A stretch of DNA of 62,610 bases, the filler included. It is 4 parts of 4 records of this genome, joined end to end, with 100 filler letters (N's around TTAATTAATTAA, not from the genome) between each part and the next. Parts side by side here need not be neighbours in the genome. Positions count along the whole stretch, not along the records: positions 32,720 to 44,075 come from SRR31156797_19580; positions 44,176 to 62,610 come from SRR31156797_19612; 2 more parts are not named here. One strand, 5' to 3'. Shown piece by piece: positions 41,358 to 50,909 of the stretch. Position 1 is the stretch's first letter; every line of letters begins with the position of its first letter. A program made the translations under genes and the position numbers. The notes under the pieces are model-generated. The model had not been told where the DNA came from. It was given only the letters and a program-made list of their open reading frames with translations, and did no database searches.

Positions 41358-42950
41358 ATGCGCAACCTCGAACTGCCCGGCCGCTCTCCGGTGCATGGTA
41401 CACACGGCGTCGCCGCGACCTCACATGCGCTGGCGACATTGACGGCGATCAACGTCCTGCAGAAGGGCGGCAACGCGATCGACGCGGCCGTAGCCGCCTG
41501 TGCCGTGCAATGTGTCGTCGAACCCGAGTCGACCGGCATCGGAGGTGATTGCTTTTGCCTGATATCCCCCAAGGGATCCGATCAGATCATCGGGTACAAC
41601 GGTTCCGGTGCGGCGCCGGGGGCGGCCACCCAGGAATGGTTTGCCAGCCAAAATATTTCGCGGATCGAGCGCAATACCCCGCATGCCGTCACAATTCCCG
41701 GCGCCATCGATGCCTGGGCGCGGCTGGTGGCCGATCATGGTCGTTTGCCCTTCGGCGATGTTTTGGCTCCGGCTATTCGTTTTGCCGCCGACGGATACGC
41801 CATTTCTTCGCGGGTTTCCGTCGATTTCGAATCGCAATCCGAATTGCTGTCACGCAACGAAACGGCTTCGCGCATCTTCCTCCCCGGTGGACGGGCTCCC
41901 AGGGTCGGGCAGCTTCATCGCCAACCGGAACTGGCCGCCACCCTTGAAGCCATCGCCGAGAAGGGCCGAGACGCCTTTTACACGGGCGCCGTTGCCGAAG
42001 ACATGGTGTCTTATTTGAACGAGCTTGGCGGTCTCCATTCGATGGACGATTTCGCGGCGCACAAGGGCGAATACGTCACCCCGATCAAAACCAACTACCA
42101 GGGTTACGACGTTTTCGAGATTCCGCCGAACGGCCAGGGGATCACGGCGCTTATCCTCTTGAATATCCTTTCGGGTTACGATCTGTCGGGCATGGACCCG
42201 ATGTCGGTCGAACGCCTTCATCTGGAGATCGAGGCAACGCGCCTGGCGTATGCCGATCGCAATACCTTCATTGCCGATCCGCGCCATGCCGACGTACCGG
42301 TCGAATATCTGCTTTCGGCCGACCACGCCGCCGACCTGCGCCAGTTGATTTCAATGGACAGGGCCATGGAAAAAGTGCCGCGGCCACGGCTTCCGGCCCA
42401 TTCCGACACGGTCTATTTGTGCGTTGTCGACGAGGACCGGAACGCGGTCAGTTTCATCAATTCCCTGTTCAATCCGTTCGGCAGCGGTCTGGTCGCTCCG
42501 AAATCTGGCATCGTTCTGCAAAACCGGGGATGCGGCTTCGTTCTCGACCCGGACCACCCAAATTGCATTGCGCCCGGCAAGCGCCCGTTCCACACGATCA
42601 TTCCGGGCATGCTGGTGAAGGACGGAAAGACCGTCATGCCCTTCGGCGTCATGGGCGGGCCCTATCAGGCCTGCGGCCACGCGCATGTATTGACCGGGTT
42701 CCTCGATATGGGTCTGGATGTCCAGGAAGCCATCGATCAGGCTCGGGTTTTTCCGGATGGCGATGGTGTCGTCGAAACCGAAAGAGGCATCCCGGCGAAA
42801 GCCTTGCATGGATTGCGCGCGCTTGGCCACCGCACGGAATCACCGGGCAAGCCGCAGGGTGGCGGACAGGCCATCTGGATCGATTGGGACGAAGGCGTGC
42901 TGACCGGCGGCTCGGATCCACGCAAGGACGGCTGCGCGATCGGATACTGA
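41358..42950 (+). CDS. ggt: Gamma-glutamyltransferase family protein (YwrD-like)
   Basis: GGNAIDAA, GIGGD, SDT nucleophile site, PGKRPFHTIIP, GVMGG and SDPRKDG. Confidence 0.93.
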   Translation: MRNLELPGRSPVHGTHGVAATSHALATLTAINVLQKGGNAIDAAVAACAVQCVVEPESTGIGGDCFCLISPKGSDQIIGYNGSGAAPGAATQEWFASQNISRIERNTPHAVTIPGAIDAWARLVADHGRLPFGDVLAPAIRFAADGYAISSRVSVDFESQSELLSRNETASRIFLPGGRAPRVGQLHRQPELAATLEAIAEKGRDAFYTGAVAEDMVSYLNELGGLHSMDDFAAHKGEYVTPIKTNYQGYDVFEIPPNGQGITALILLNILSGYDLSGMDPMSVERLHLEIEATRLAYADRNTFIADPRHADVPVEYLLSADHAADLRQLISMDRAMEKVPRPRLPAHSDTVYLCVVDEDRNAVSFINSLFNPFGSGLVAPKSGIVLQNRGCGFVLDPDHPNCIAPGKRPFHTIIPGMLVKDGKTVMPFGVMGGPYQACGHAHVLTGFLDMGLDVQEAIDQARVFPDGDGVVETERGIPAKALHGLRALGHRTESPGKPQGGGQAIWIDWDEGVLTGGSDPRKDGCAIGY

Positions 42951-43002
42951 TCACGCCAAATCGGCACACGTCGGCGGCCGGGCAGAGACCATCGACGGGA
43001 AA

Positions 43003-43959
43003 TCAAGCGCCGGAATCGCCTGAAGCGTCCGGGCCTTCCAGCGCTTCCGGTTTCGGAAGGGTCCGGTCCGGCGGTACCGTGATGGCCGGGGCCGATTTGC
43101 GGTCGCGACCGCGTTCCAGAATGTCGGCGATTCCATCGACGGCAGCGGTAGCCGCGTATCCGGCGACCACTCCCCAGCGTCCATTCAGGCTGCCGGCCGG
43201 GATGTCATTTACCTGGGCGGCATCACCGATCGGTTCGCCGTCCGGCAGGGCGACCTGCCAGGAAATCGAAACTTCCTGCTGACCGTCGACCGGCGGGGCG
43301 ACACGAACTTCGGCGCTCAGCAGATGGGCTGCCGATTTCTGATCGGCGGCCAGGGGAATGTCCTTGGTTTTCAGGGCTCGCCGAATGGCATTGGCGAGAG
43401 ACGTATTGCCGTCGCCGGGAGCGCCGGTGATACCGGTTAGAAACAGGCCAATGCGCCCGGCCGTTTCGGATTTCGGCAACTCGGCGTCGATTTCGACCAA
43501 TCCGGCAAGGGCTTTGGCCGGAGCCGATCCTATCCGGCGCATGACTCCTGGGTCGGGCCTTTGCCAATCGGTCCAGGCGGCACGCAGTTCCTGAACATGC
43601 AACCCGGTTTTTTCACCGGCCCCGTCGGTCAGTGTCCAGGTGATGGTCAGATTGGCGATATCGGTGCCGGAAGCGCCGATTTGCTCTATCGCGCCTTGCA
43701 GCACAAACCGGCTTGGGGCCCCGGGGTGATGGGTTGCCGTGACACCATAGCCGCCCAGGTTTTCCGCCACCGACCGTGCCAGGGCCTTTGCCGCCGGTTC
43801 GGGGATGCCGGCAACGGGATCAATCCTGACATCGACCGCCAGTTCGGCCAGGGGATAGGCGGCTTTTTCCGGTCCGTGGGCAAAGGGCTGCGGCAACTGG
43901 CCACAGGCTGCCCCAAACAGGAGAGGGATGACGATCAGGAATAAATTAAGCCGCTGCAT
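43003..43959 (-). CDS. Uncharacterised alphaproteobacterial lipoprotein
   Basis: Lipobox AAC-GQLPQPF; GAPGDGN and Q.N.IPAGSL...WG motifs. Confidence 0.7.
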   Translation of the reverse strand: MQRLNLFLIVIPLLFGAACGQLPQPFAHGPEKAAYPLAELAVDVRIDPVAGIPEPAAKALARSVAENLGGYGVTATHHPGAPSRFVLQGAIEQIGASGTDIANLTITWTLTDGAGEKTGLHVQELRAAWTDWQRPDPGVMRRIGSAPAKALAGLVEIDAELPKSETAGRIGLFLTGITGAPGDGNTSLANAIRRALKTKDIPLAADQKSAAHLLSAEVRVAPPVDGQQEVSISWQVALPDGEPIGDAAQVNDIPAGSLNGRWGVVAGYAATAAVDGIADILERGRDRKSAPAITVPPDRTLPKPEALEGPDASGDSGA

Positions 43960-43960
43960 C

Positions 43961-44029
43961 TCACATCAAGGCGCAGGTGGCGACCAAGGCCATTACCATA
44001 ACGGCCATCATGATGATGATATACGGCAT
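43961..44029 (-). CDS. Putative 22-aa hydrophobic small protein (MPYIIIMMAVMVMALVATCALM)
   Basis: ATG after GAGGGA, in-frame stop upstream, and own stop 1 nt before the lipoprotein ATG. Confidence 0.4.
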   Translation of the reverse strand: MPYIIIMMAVMVMALVATCALM

Positions 44030-44075
44030 CCGGGTCCCTCGCAGTCTTTTCGGAATTCAGCGGCCTGCTATCCGT

Positions 44076-44175
44076 NNNNNNNNNNNNNNNNNNNNNNNNN
44101 NNNNNNNNNNNNNNNNNNNTTAATTAATTAANNNNNNNNNNNNNNNNNNNNNNNNNNNNNNNNNNNNNNNNNNNN
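44076..44175. other. Artificial contig spacer
   Basis: N44-TTAATTAATTAA-N44. Confidence 0.99.
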
Positions 44176-44432
44176 GTCGTGAACCGAAGGTGGCCCTGAC
44201 AGTATTCGTCGGCGATATCGCACAGGTTGCGAATGGTATAGACGTCGAGCTGCCGGGCGGTGCCGGCCTTGACGGTCCAGACTTCATCGCCGCTTTCGGC
44301 GACGTGGTAGAGGACACCGGCGCGGGGACGTTCGTGGTATTTCCACTGCCCGTAGTTCTTCTTCAGAACCGGGTGCATCCACGCCATATGGTCCGGCACG
44401 CCGCTTTCAATGGGTTGACGGGGTTCAGCCAT
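44176..44432 (-). CDS. dsrB: Dissimilatory-type sulfite reductase beta subunit, N-terminal part (truncated)
   Basis: MAEPRQPIESGVPD...HPVLKKNYGQWKYH...CDIADEYCQGHLRFT, directly downstream of dsrA. Confidence 0.93.
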
Positions 44433-44478
44433 TATAACCTCCAAAAACCTCTTTCTTTTGTGTACCAGCGGGCCGGAA

Positions 44479-45729
44479 TTATTCCGCCGCAGCCGCTTCG
44501 CGTTTGTTCCACTTTTCGGCCTGGTCTTCCCAGTCGTCCATGCGGACGTACGGGTTTTCGCGCGGGTGGACGACCATGTTGGGGTCGACCTCGAGGCCAA
44601 GACCTTCGACGTAGTTGGCAAGGCCGATCCGTTCGATCATCTCGCCGGTGCGTTCGTGTTCGAGCGCGTTCTCGGCATAGAACTCGATGATGTTTTCGGA
44701 CAGTTCCTTGAGCTTCTCATAGTCTTCGTCGGTTTCGAGCCGCATGAAGGGAACCACGCAGATGCCCATCAAATCGCCGATCTGCAGGGTGTGCTTGCCG
44801 CCCAGCAGAATGGTGACGCCGCGTTCCTTGCCGGGCTTCAGGGCCTTGGTAAGGACGTTGATGCAGTGCATGCAACGCACACAGGACGGATTGTCGACTT
44901 CGACCGTATCGTCGTCGTTGAGGCTCATCGCGTTGGTCGGACAGCGCGTGATGACGTTGTCGATGATTTCCTTGCGGCCGCGCTCGGCAACGTACTTCTT
45001 GAATTCGTCCTGGTCGACCTGCATGTCGCCCCGCCAGGTGCCGATGATGGCGCCGTCCGAGCGGTGAATGGCGTCGGCGCAATCGTTCGGGCAGCCGGAG
45101 AATTTGAACTTGAACTTGTACGGCAGCGACGGCCGGTGCAGGTCGTCGATCAAGTTGTTCAGGATCATGCGCATCGAGCGGGCTTCGTCGTAGCACGAGA
45201 ACTCGCACCGGGCGTGTCCGACGCAGGCCTGCGAACTGCGCAGGCACGGCCCGGCGCCGCCCATGTCGAAGCCGATCTCGTTAAGGGCGTCGAACGAGGC
45301 CTGGACCTGTTCGGTCGAGCAGCCCTGGAACATGATGTCGCCGCTTTGACCGTGCAGCGCGATCAGGCCGGTGCCGTGTTCCTCCCAGATGTCGCACATC
45401 TGACGAAGCACTTCGGTGCTGTAGTGATAGCCCGGTGTCGGCATGATGCGAAGGGTATGGAATTCGGCCGATTCAGGGAACTTGTCGGCAACTTCGGAAA
45501 AACGCGGGATGACCCCGCCGCCGTATCCGCGAACACCTACGGTGCCGCCTTTCCAATACCCCTTGATCGTTTCGTAGGAGTACTCGAGCTGACCGAGAAG
45601 ATCCTTCATCCGGTCGGCGTATTGCTTGCCGTCGGATTCCGCGAGCTTTTTGATGTTGGTTACAAAGCTCGGCCACGGCCCTCCTTCGAGCTGGTCGAGC
45701 ATCGGGGTTGCCGGCATTTTTTTCGCCAT
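44479..45729 (-). CDS. dsrA: Dissimilatory-type sulfite reductase alpha subunit, probably oxidative (reverse) type
   Basis: TPMLDQLEGGPWPSFV, GYWKGG, CVGHARC, YKFKFKFSGCPNDC and CVRCMHCIN. HGQSGDIM and GYWKGG resemble rDsrA of sulfur oxidisers. Confidence 0.97.
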   Translation of the reverse strand: MAKKMPATPMLDQLEGGPWPSFVTNIKKLAESDGKQYADRMKDLLGQLEYSYETIKGYWKGGTVGVRGYGGGVIPRFSEVADKFPESAEFHTLRIMPTPGYHYSTEVLRQMCDIWEEHGTGLIALHGQSGDIMFQGCSTEQVQASFDALNEIGFDMGGAGPCLRSSQACVGHARCEFSCYDEARSMRMILNNLIDDLHRPSLPYKFKFKFSGCPNDCADAIHRSDGAIIGTWRGDMQVDQDEFKKYVAERGRKEIIDNVITRCPTNAMSLNDDDTVEVDNPSCVRCMHCINVLTKALKPGKERGVTILLGGKHTLQIGDLMGICVVPFMRLETDEDYEKLKELSENIIEFYAENALEHERTGEMIERIGLANYVEGLGLEVDPNMVVHPRENPYVRMDDWEDQAEKWNKREAAAAE

Positions 45730-46535
45730 GGACTTACCTCCAGGAACTCAGAATCAAGTTTTATTCCTTCCGCCGTCGGTGCCGTTCCCGTGAAATAAAG
45801 GGGATTGCTGGAACGGAGCCGCCCGGCCGCTTTATGTTCTTAAAACACCCCCTGTCTTTTGAAGCCCGGGTAAAACCACTGTCTTGCCAAATAAACCGCC
45901 GGTACAATCATTATCGCCGTCCCGCCAAATACTGGTCAGTCGACAAGTTTCAGCTTCAAAGGATTTTGGGACTGTCTAATTTCTTTGTCTTCTTCCCGTT
46001 ACCTCCGCGCCGGCCCTGGATTCGGGCAGGCTTTATGATTATTTCGCGAATTTGAACGCTTTCAATTTAGAATGTTTTATAGTCGATGTGGCAAGCAGAA
46101 ATCCACATGTTTTTGAAGGCTAAGTGCCCTTTTTTGTTGAGAGTTTGTTTCAATATCATGAGTTTTTATTAAGAACCTTTCTCAACAAGAAATAAAAAGA
46201 TATTTTTTCCTTAAAAATCGAACCGAACTGGGCAGAAAAATCGACTCAATACATTTGCCCCGAAAATAATCGTTCTTTGTTTTGTCGATGGATTTCATCG
46301 GGACGATGCCGTTCTTCGTGTGTATTCCAGGGGCGACATTTCCATGAACGAAATATTCATGCCCGGACAGCCGGTACATACATTGGCGAAAGGAAATTAC
46401 TGTAAGCGCTTGCATTTATCCGGGACTCTCGATGAAAAGGGGAGGGCCGAAGGGAATTCAGGGTGAAAGCCGGTTTAAAACAGGCTAGCTTCCGGGATGC
46501 GTCGCAACGGATAGACGAAAACGGGAGACCTGCCG

Positions 46536-46772
46536 GTGCCAACCTATACGCGCGTTTCGGACCTCGGCGACATGAATGTGCCGTGGGGCCGCGTGATCCA
46601 GCTGCAAGACGTGGAATACACGGGCGGGGAGACGATGCTGCGCCTGCGCATACGCGAAGGCCGGCGCATTACCGATCTTGAACTTACGGCGGAAATCGCC
46701 GATGAACTTGGGCGTAAAATGTTATCCTGGGCGAAGGCGTTGCCGAATGGGGCGGCGGACGCCGGCGGCTGA
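46536..46772 (+). CDS. Small conserved hypothetical protein
   Basis: GTG after GGGAGA; PWGRVIQLQDV...LRLRIREGRRITDLEL beta-rich pattern with GC-typical codon use. Confidence 0.6.
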   Translation: MPTYTRVSDLGDMNVPWGRVIQLQDVEYTGGETMLRLRIREGRRITDLELTAEIADELGRKMLSWAKALPNGAADAGG

Positions 46773-46915
46773 GGGTTTTTAGGGCGTTTATGGGTTGAAC
46801 GAAATCGTCGTTCGAACCACCTCAGAAAAGGGTTTGCAGGTATCTGTGAATTGCCGGTACGCGATTGGCGGGCTGCCCGAAACGCAATTGATTGAGTATT
46901 TTCGGAGGGGATGAG

Positions 46916-47848
46916 ATGTCCGAACAAAAATTTCGGTTGGTGACGCGTAGCGATTTCGACGGCCTGGTCTGCGCCGTGCTTCTGAAGGAACTGGACTTGA
47001 TCGACGACATCAAGTTCGTGCATCCGAAGGACATGCAGGACGGCGCCGTCGTCATTTCGGATAACGACCTTACAACCAACCTGCCCTATGTCCACGGCGT
47101 CCATTTGGCGTTCGATCATCATCTCAGCGAGACCATTCGGCTCGACGAAAAGCCCGACAACCACGTCATCGATCCCGAGGCTCCGTCGGCGGCGCGCGTC
47201 GTCTATGACTATTACGGCGGTAAAAAGAGCTTTCCGAATGTTTCCGACGATATCATGGCGGCGGTCGATCAGGGCGATTCGGCGCAGTATTCGGAAGACG
47301 AGATCCTCAATCCCCAGGGCTGGGCGCTGCTGAATTTCCTGATGGATGCCAGAACCGGTTTGGGGCGGTTCAGGACCTTCCGGATTTCGAACTACCAGTT
47401 GATGATGCAGTTGATCGATGAATGCAGAAAACATGACGTCGACGGCATTCTGGCCTTGCCGGACGTGAAGGAACGCATCGAAGTCTACAACGATCACCGT
47501 GGCAAGGCGGCCGAACAGATCCGCCGTTGCGCGACCGTGCACAAGAATTTCGTCGTTCTCGATCTGCGCCAGGAAGAAACGATTTATGCGGCCAACCGTT
47601 TTCTTATCTATGCGCTGTTTCCGGAGACCAACATCTCGGCCCACTTGATGTGGGGTCTGAACAAGCAGAACACGGTTTTCGCGGTCGGCAAATCGATCAT
47701 CAACCGTTCGTCGAAAACGAACATCGGCGAATTGATGCTGTCCTATGGCGGCGGCGGTCACGAGAACGCCGGGACATGCCAGGTTGCCAACGACGATGCC
47801 GATCGTGTCAGGACGGAGCTGATTGCCAAGATCAACGCCGATGGATAG
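46916..47848 (+). CDS. DHH/DHHA1-family phosphoesterase (often labelled exopolyphosphatase-like)
   Basis: TRSDFDG, FDHH and GGGGH motifs. Confidence 0.88.
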   Translation: MSEQKFRLVTRSDFDGLVCAVLLKELDLIDDIKFVHPKDMQDGAVVISDNDLTTNLPYVHGVHLAFDHHLSETIRLDEKPDNHVIDPEAPSAARVVYDYYGGKKSFPNVSDDIMAAVDQGDSAQYSEDEILNPQGWALLNFLMDARTGLGRFRTFRISNYQLMMQLIDECRKHDVDGILALPDVKERIEVYNDHRGKAAEQIRRCATVHKNFVVLDLRQEETIYAANRFLIYALFPETNISAHLMWGLNKQNTVFAVGKSIINRSSKTNIGELMLSYGGGGHENAGTCQVANDDADRVRTELIAKINADG

Positions 47849-47914
47849 CGTCTCGCCGGGCATTTCTGACAGGACCGGTTCGTGCCGGTCCGGTGCCGCC
47901 GCCGGAAAGGCGTG

Positions 47915-49408
47915 ATGAGGATTGGGCCGAACAGGGTTACCGTTGCGACGATGGCGGCCGTCGCAATCGGCGGCATCGCGCTGTTGCCGGTTCTATCGGG
48001 CTGTGTTCCCGACGATTCGGCCCTGTCGCGCGCCGTCGAATCGATCCGCAGTTACACCTATTCCCTGCCGGCCGGCGCGCAGGCGGAACTGTCGCGCTTC
48101 AATCAGGTCTATCAGACCTACGCGTCGAATACCAAGGACACCCGCGAACAGAAGCACTTCAAGGACGCCTTCCTGCGGGTGCGGTCGGATTATATTCAGG
48201 AAGTGCCGGACGCCGACCTCATCGATTCCGCGATCGAAGGCGTCCGCGCCATGGACGCGGAACCGGCAAGCGCGCCGTCCGGCGAAGTCGTCGAGGCGGC
48301 CCTGGACGCGATGGTCGCGTCGCTCGATCCCCATTCCACCTACCTGAACGCCGAGGAACTCAAGGAAACCTTCATATCGACACGCGGCCAGTTCGGCGGG
48401 CTCGGCATCGAAGTGACGATGGAGGACGGCTTGGTCCGGATCGTATCGCCGATCGAGGGCACGCCGGCGTTTCGCGCCGGATTGAAGTCCGGCGATTTGA
48501 TCACGCATCTCGACGGCCGGTCGATCCAAGGTTTCACCATCATGGACGCGGTCAAGATCATGCGTGGCCGGCCGGGCACGGACATTCGTTTAAGTGTGCG
48601 CCGTGAAGACGTTGCGCCGTTTGATGTCACCATTATCCGGGCGGTCATTACCATCCAGGCCGTCCGCTGGCACAGCGAAGGCAATGCCGGCTATATCCGG
48701 GTGGCCAGTTTTACCGAACAGGCGAGGGAAGGCCTCCATAAGGCGATCGCCGCACTGGAAGCGGAAATCGGACCCGGCATGGAAGGGTACATCCTCGATC
48801 TGCGCAACAATCCGGGCGGTTTGCTGGATCAATCGCTGGCCGTCGCCGATACCTTTCTGAACGACGGCAGAATCGTTTCGGTACGCGGGCGCGACGCTTC
48901 GCGCGAACAGGTCTTCTGGGCCGAGGCGGGCGATTTGGCCGCCGGCCGGCCCCTGCTGGTTCTGATCAACCCCGGTTCGGCTTCGGCTTCGGAAATCGTT
49001 GCCAGCGCCCTGCAGGAAGGCGACCGTGCCACGGTCATGGGCCAGCGGTCGTTCGGCAAGGGTTCGGTTCAGACGATCACGCCGTTGCCGGTACAGGGTG
49101 CGTTGAAACTGACGACGGCGCTATATCTGACCCCGCACGGCCACGCCATCCAGGCCCGGGGGGTCATTCCCGATATCGTCGTCGACGGCAAGGCGAAGCC
49201 CGAGCTTCAGAGGGAATCGGACCTTCCCGGCGCCCTTGGCGGCGGCGATAAGATGGTCGGCCCAAGCATCGGCCGGATCGACGAGGACGCCTGTCCGGCC
49301 GCCGGCGAAAAAGGAGACGATCGCCTGCTGGGCTGCGCCCTGGCCTTTCTTACGCTCGGATCGGCCGAAAAGTTTCTCGCCTCATTTGCCGGGGCACCGC
49401 GGATCTGA
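47915..49408 (+). CDS. ctpA: S41 carboxy-terminal processing protease (lipoprotein)
   Basis: LSGC lipobox, LDPHS, GLGIEV PDZ, DLRNNPGG, SASASEI and FGKGSVQ. Confidence 0.92.
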   Translation: MRIGPNRVTVATMAAVAIGGIALLPVLSGCVPDDSALSRAVESIRSYTYSLPAGAQAELSRFNQVYQTYASNTKDTREQKHFKDAFLRVRSDYIQEVPDADLIDSAIEGVRAMDAEPASAPSGEVVEAALDAMVASLDPHSTYLNAEELKETFISTRGQFGGLGIEVTMEDGLVRIVSPIEGTPAFRAGLKSGDLITHLDGRSIQGFTIMDAVKIMRGRPGTDIRLSVRREDVAPFDVTIIRAVITIQAVRWHSEGNAGYIRVASFTEQAREGLHKAIAALEAEIGPGMEGYILDLRNNPGGLLDQSLAVADTFLNDGRIVSVRGRDASREQVFWAEAGDLAAGRPLLVLINPGSASASEIVASALQEGDRATVMGQRSFGKGSVQTITPLPVQGALKLTTALYLTPHGHAIQARGVIPDIVVDGKAKPELQRESDLPGALGGGDKMVGPSIGRIDEDACPAAGEKGDDRLLGCALAFLTLGSAEKFLASFAGAPRI

Positions 49409-49587
49409 CGGCTCCCCCTATTGCATGGTTACGAAAAAAACCCCAATACATTCCCTATATCGATGTGATCCTATTCACTCTGGCGCTCGGCAGGCGTGTG
49501 ATATGGTTCTTCGTTGGTCGTTTTGTTGAAACCGATGAAGCGGCCTTTTCAATCGCCTGCGTACGAGGGGGGCGCGCGTAGTTACTG

Positions 49588-50802
49588 ATGACCGGCACGC
49601 GCATAGAACGCAAACTGACGGCTATTTTTTATGCCGACGTGGCCGGCTACAGCCGTCTGACGGGGGCTGACGAAGAAGGCACGCACCGTCGTCTCAGCGC
49701 CCATCTGGACATGATATCGGCCGCCATTGAATCCTCGACCGGCCGGGTCGTCCACTATGCCGGCGACGCCGTCCTGGCCGATTTCCCCAGCGTCGTCGAT
49801 GCGGTTTCCTGCGCCGTTTCGATCCAGCGCCAATTGCGCGAACGCAACGAAACGACACCGGTCGACCGCCGTGTCGAATTCCGGATCGGCATCAATCTCG
49901 GCGACGTCATGGTTGACCGCAACGACATCTATGGCGACGGCGTCAACGTGGCGGCGCGCCTTGAAGGGTTGGCCGATGTCGGCGGCGTTTGCGTATCCGA
50001 AGCCGTCTACAGCCAGGTCCGCAATCGTCTCGACGTCGGTTTCGAACTCCTCGGCGAAAGAAGCGTCAAAAACATCGCCGAACCGGTCACCGCCTATCGC
50101 CTGCTGATCGATGGTGAGCCGCCGAGAACGCAGCCGCAGCCGATGGCGGAAAAAGCCCAAAAAAGCGGCCGTTTGAAAAGACTATGGTTGAGAAAGCGGC
50201 TCGCATTGCTGGCGATTGCCGTTGCCTTGGGGACCGCGATCGCGGTCGCTTCGGTGCTGGTGGCGCCGACCCAGGTCGCCGAATCGGCGCCGTCGGTGAC
50301 GATCGTTCCGTTCCAGGTGATCGGCGGCGGCGAGGCGTCGGAAAACTTCAGTCAGGGCCTGACCGCCGATCTTGTGACCGAGCTGTCGAAAATTCCGGGC
50401 TTGAAAATCGTCACCCTGCCGTCGCCGAACGTCGAGGACAAGGTGAACCCGGCATCGCCGGTCCTGACCCGTTATCGCGTCGTCGGCAGTGTCCAGGTCG
50501 CCGACGAAAAAGTCCGCGTGACGACCCAGCTCAAGGGAACCGAGAACGGCTTCAACCTTTGGGGCGGCCGCTATGACCGGCCGTTTTCGGATACGTTGCG
50601 GGTGCAGGCGGAAGTGGCGACGAAGATCGTCGCGGCCTTGCAGGGCCAGCTTTCGACCGCCGAGCAGGAGCGTTCGGCATCGAAAACTTCGGTTGCCGGA
50701 TTTCTCGTCACGGGGTTGGAGCAACTGGGCCGGTTCAGCGAATGGTCCTATTCGAGAACGCTGGAACTTTTTGAACGCGTGACCGGTGAAGGTGGTGACT
50801 AA
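49588..50802 (+). CDS. Class III adenylate/guanylate cyclase with TM segment and TolB-N-like domain
   Basis: ADVAGYSRL, AGDA, FRIGINLGD and GDGVNVAARLE. One TM, then VPF...FSQGLTADLVTELS...WGGRYDR. Confidence 0.88.
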   Translation: MTGTRIERKLTAIFYADVAGYSRLTGADEEGTHRRLSAHLDMISAAIESSTGRVVHYAGDAVLADFPSVVDAVSCAVSIQRQLRERNETTPVDRRVEFRIGINLGDVMVDRNDIYGDGVNVAARLEGLADVGGVCVSEAVYSQVRNRLDVGFELLGERSVKNIAEPVTAYRLLIDGEPPRTQPQPMAEKAQKSGRLKRLWLRKRLALLAIAVALGTAIAVASVLVAPTQVAESAPSVTIVPFQVIGGGEASENFSQGLTADLVTELSKIPGLKIVTLPSPNVEDKVNPASPVLTRYRVVGSVQVADEKVRVTTQLKGTENGFNLWGGRYDRPFSDTLRVQAEVATKIVAALQGQLSTAEQERSASKTSVAGFLVTGLEQLGRFSEWSYSRTLELFERVTGEGGD

Positions 50803-50909
50803 TGGTCGAAAATAGGTGGGTTTGCCTCGGTCGCGGGAATGTGAACCGGTTAACAGTGCGGATTGTCGAACTGTGTTATGAAAAGTATGAAATGCTACGG
50901 AGAGGACCG

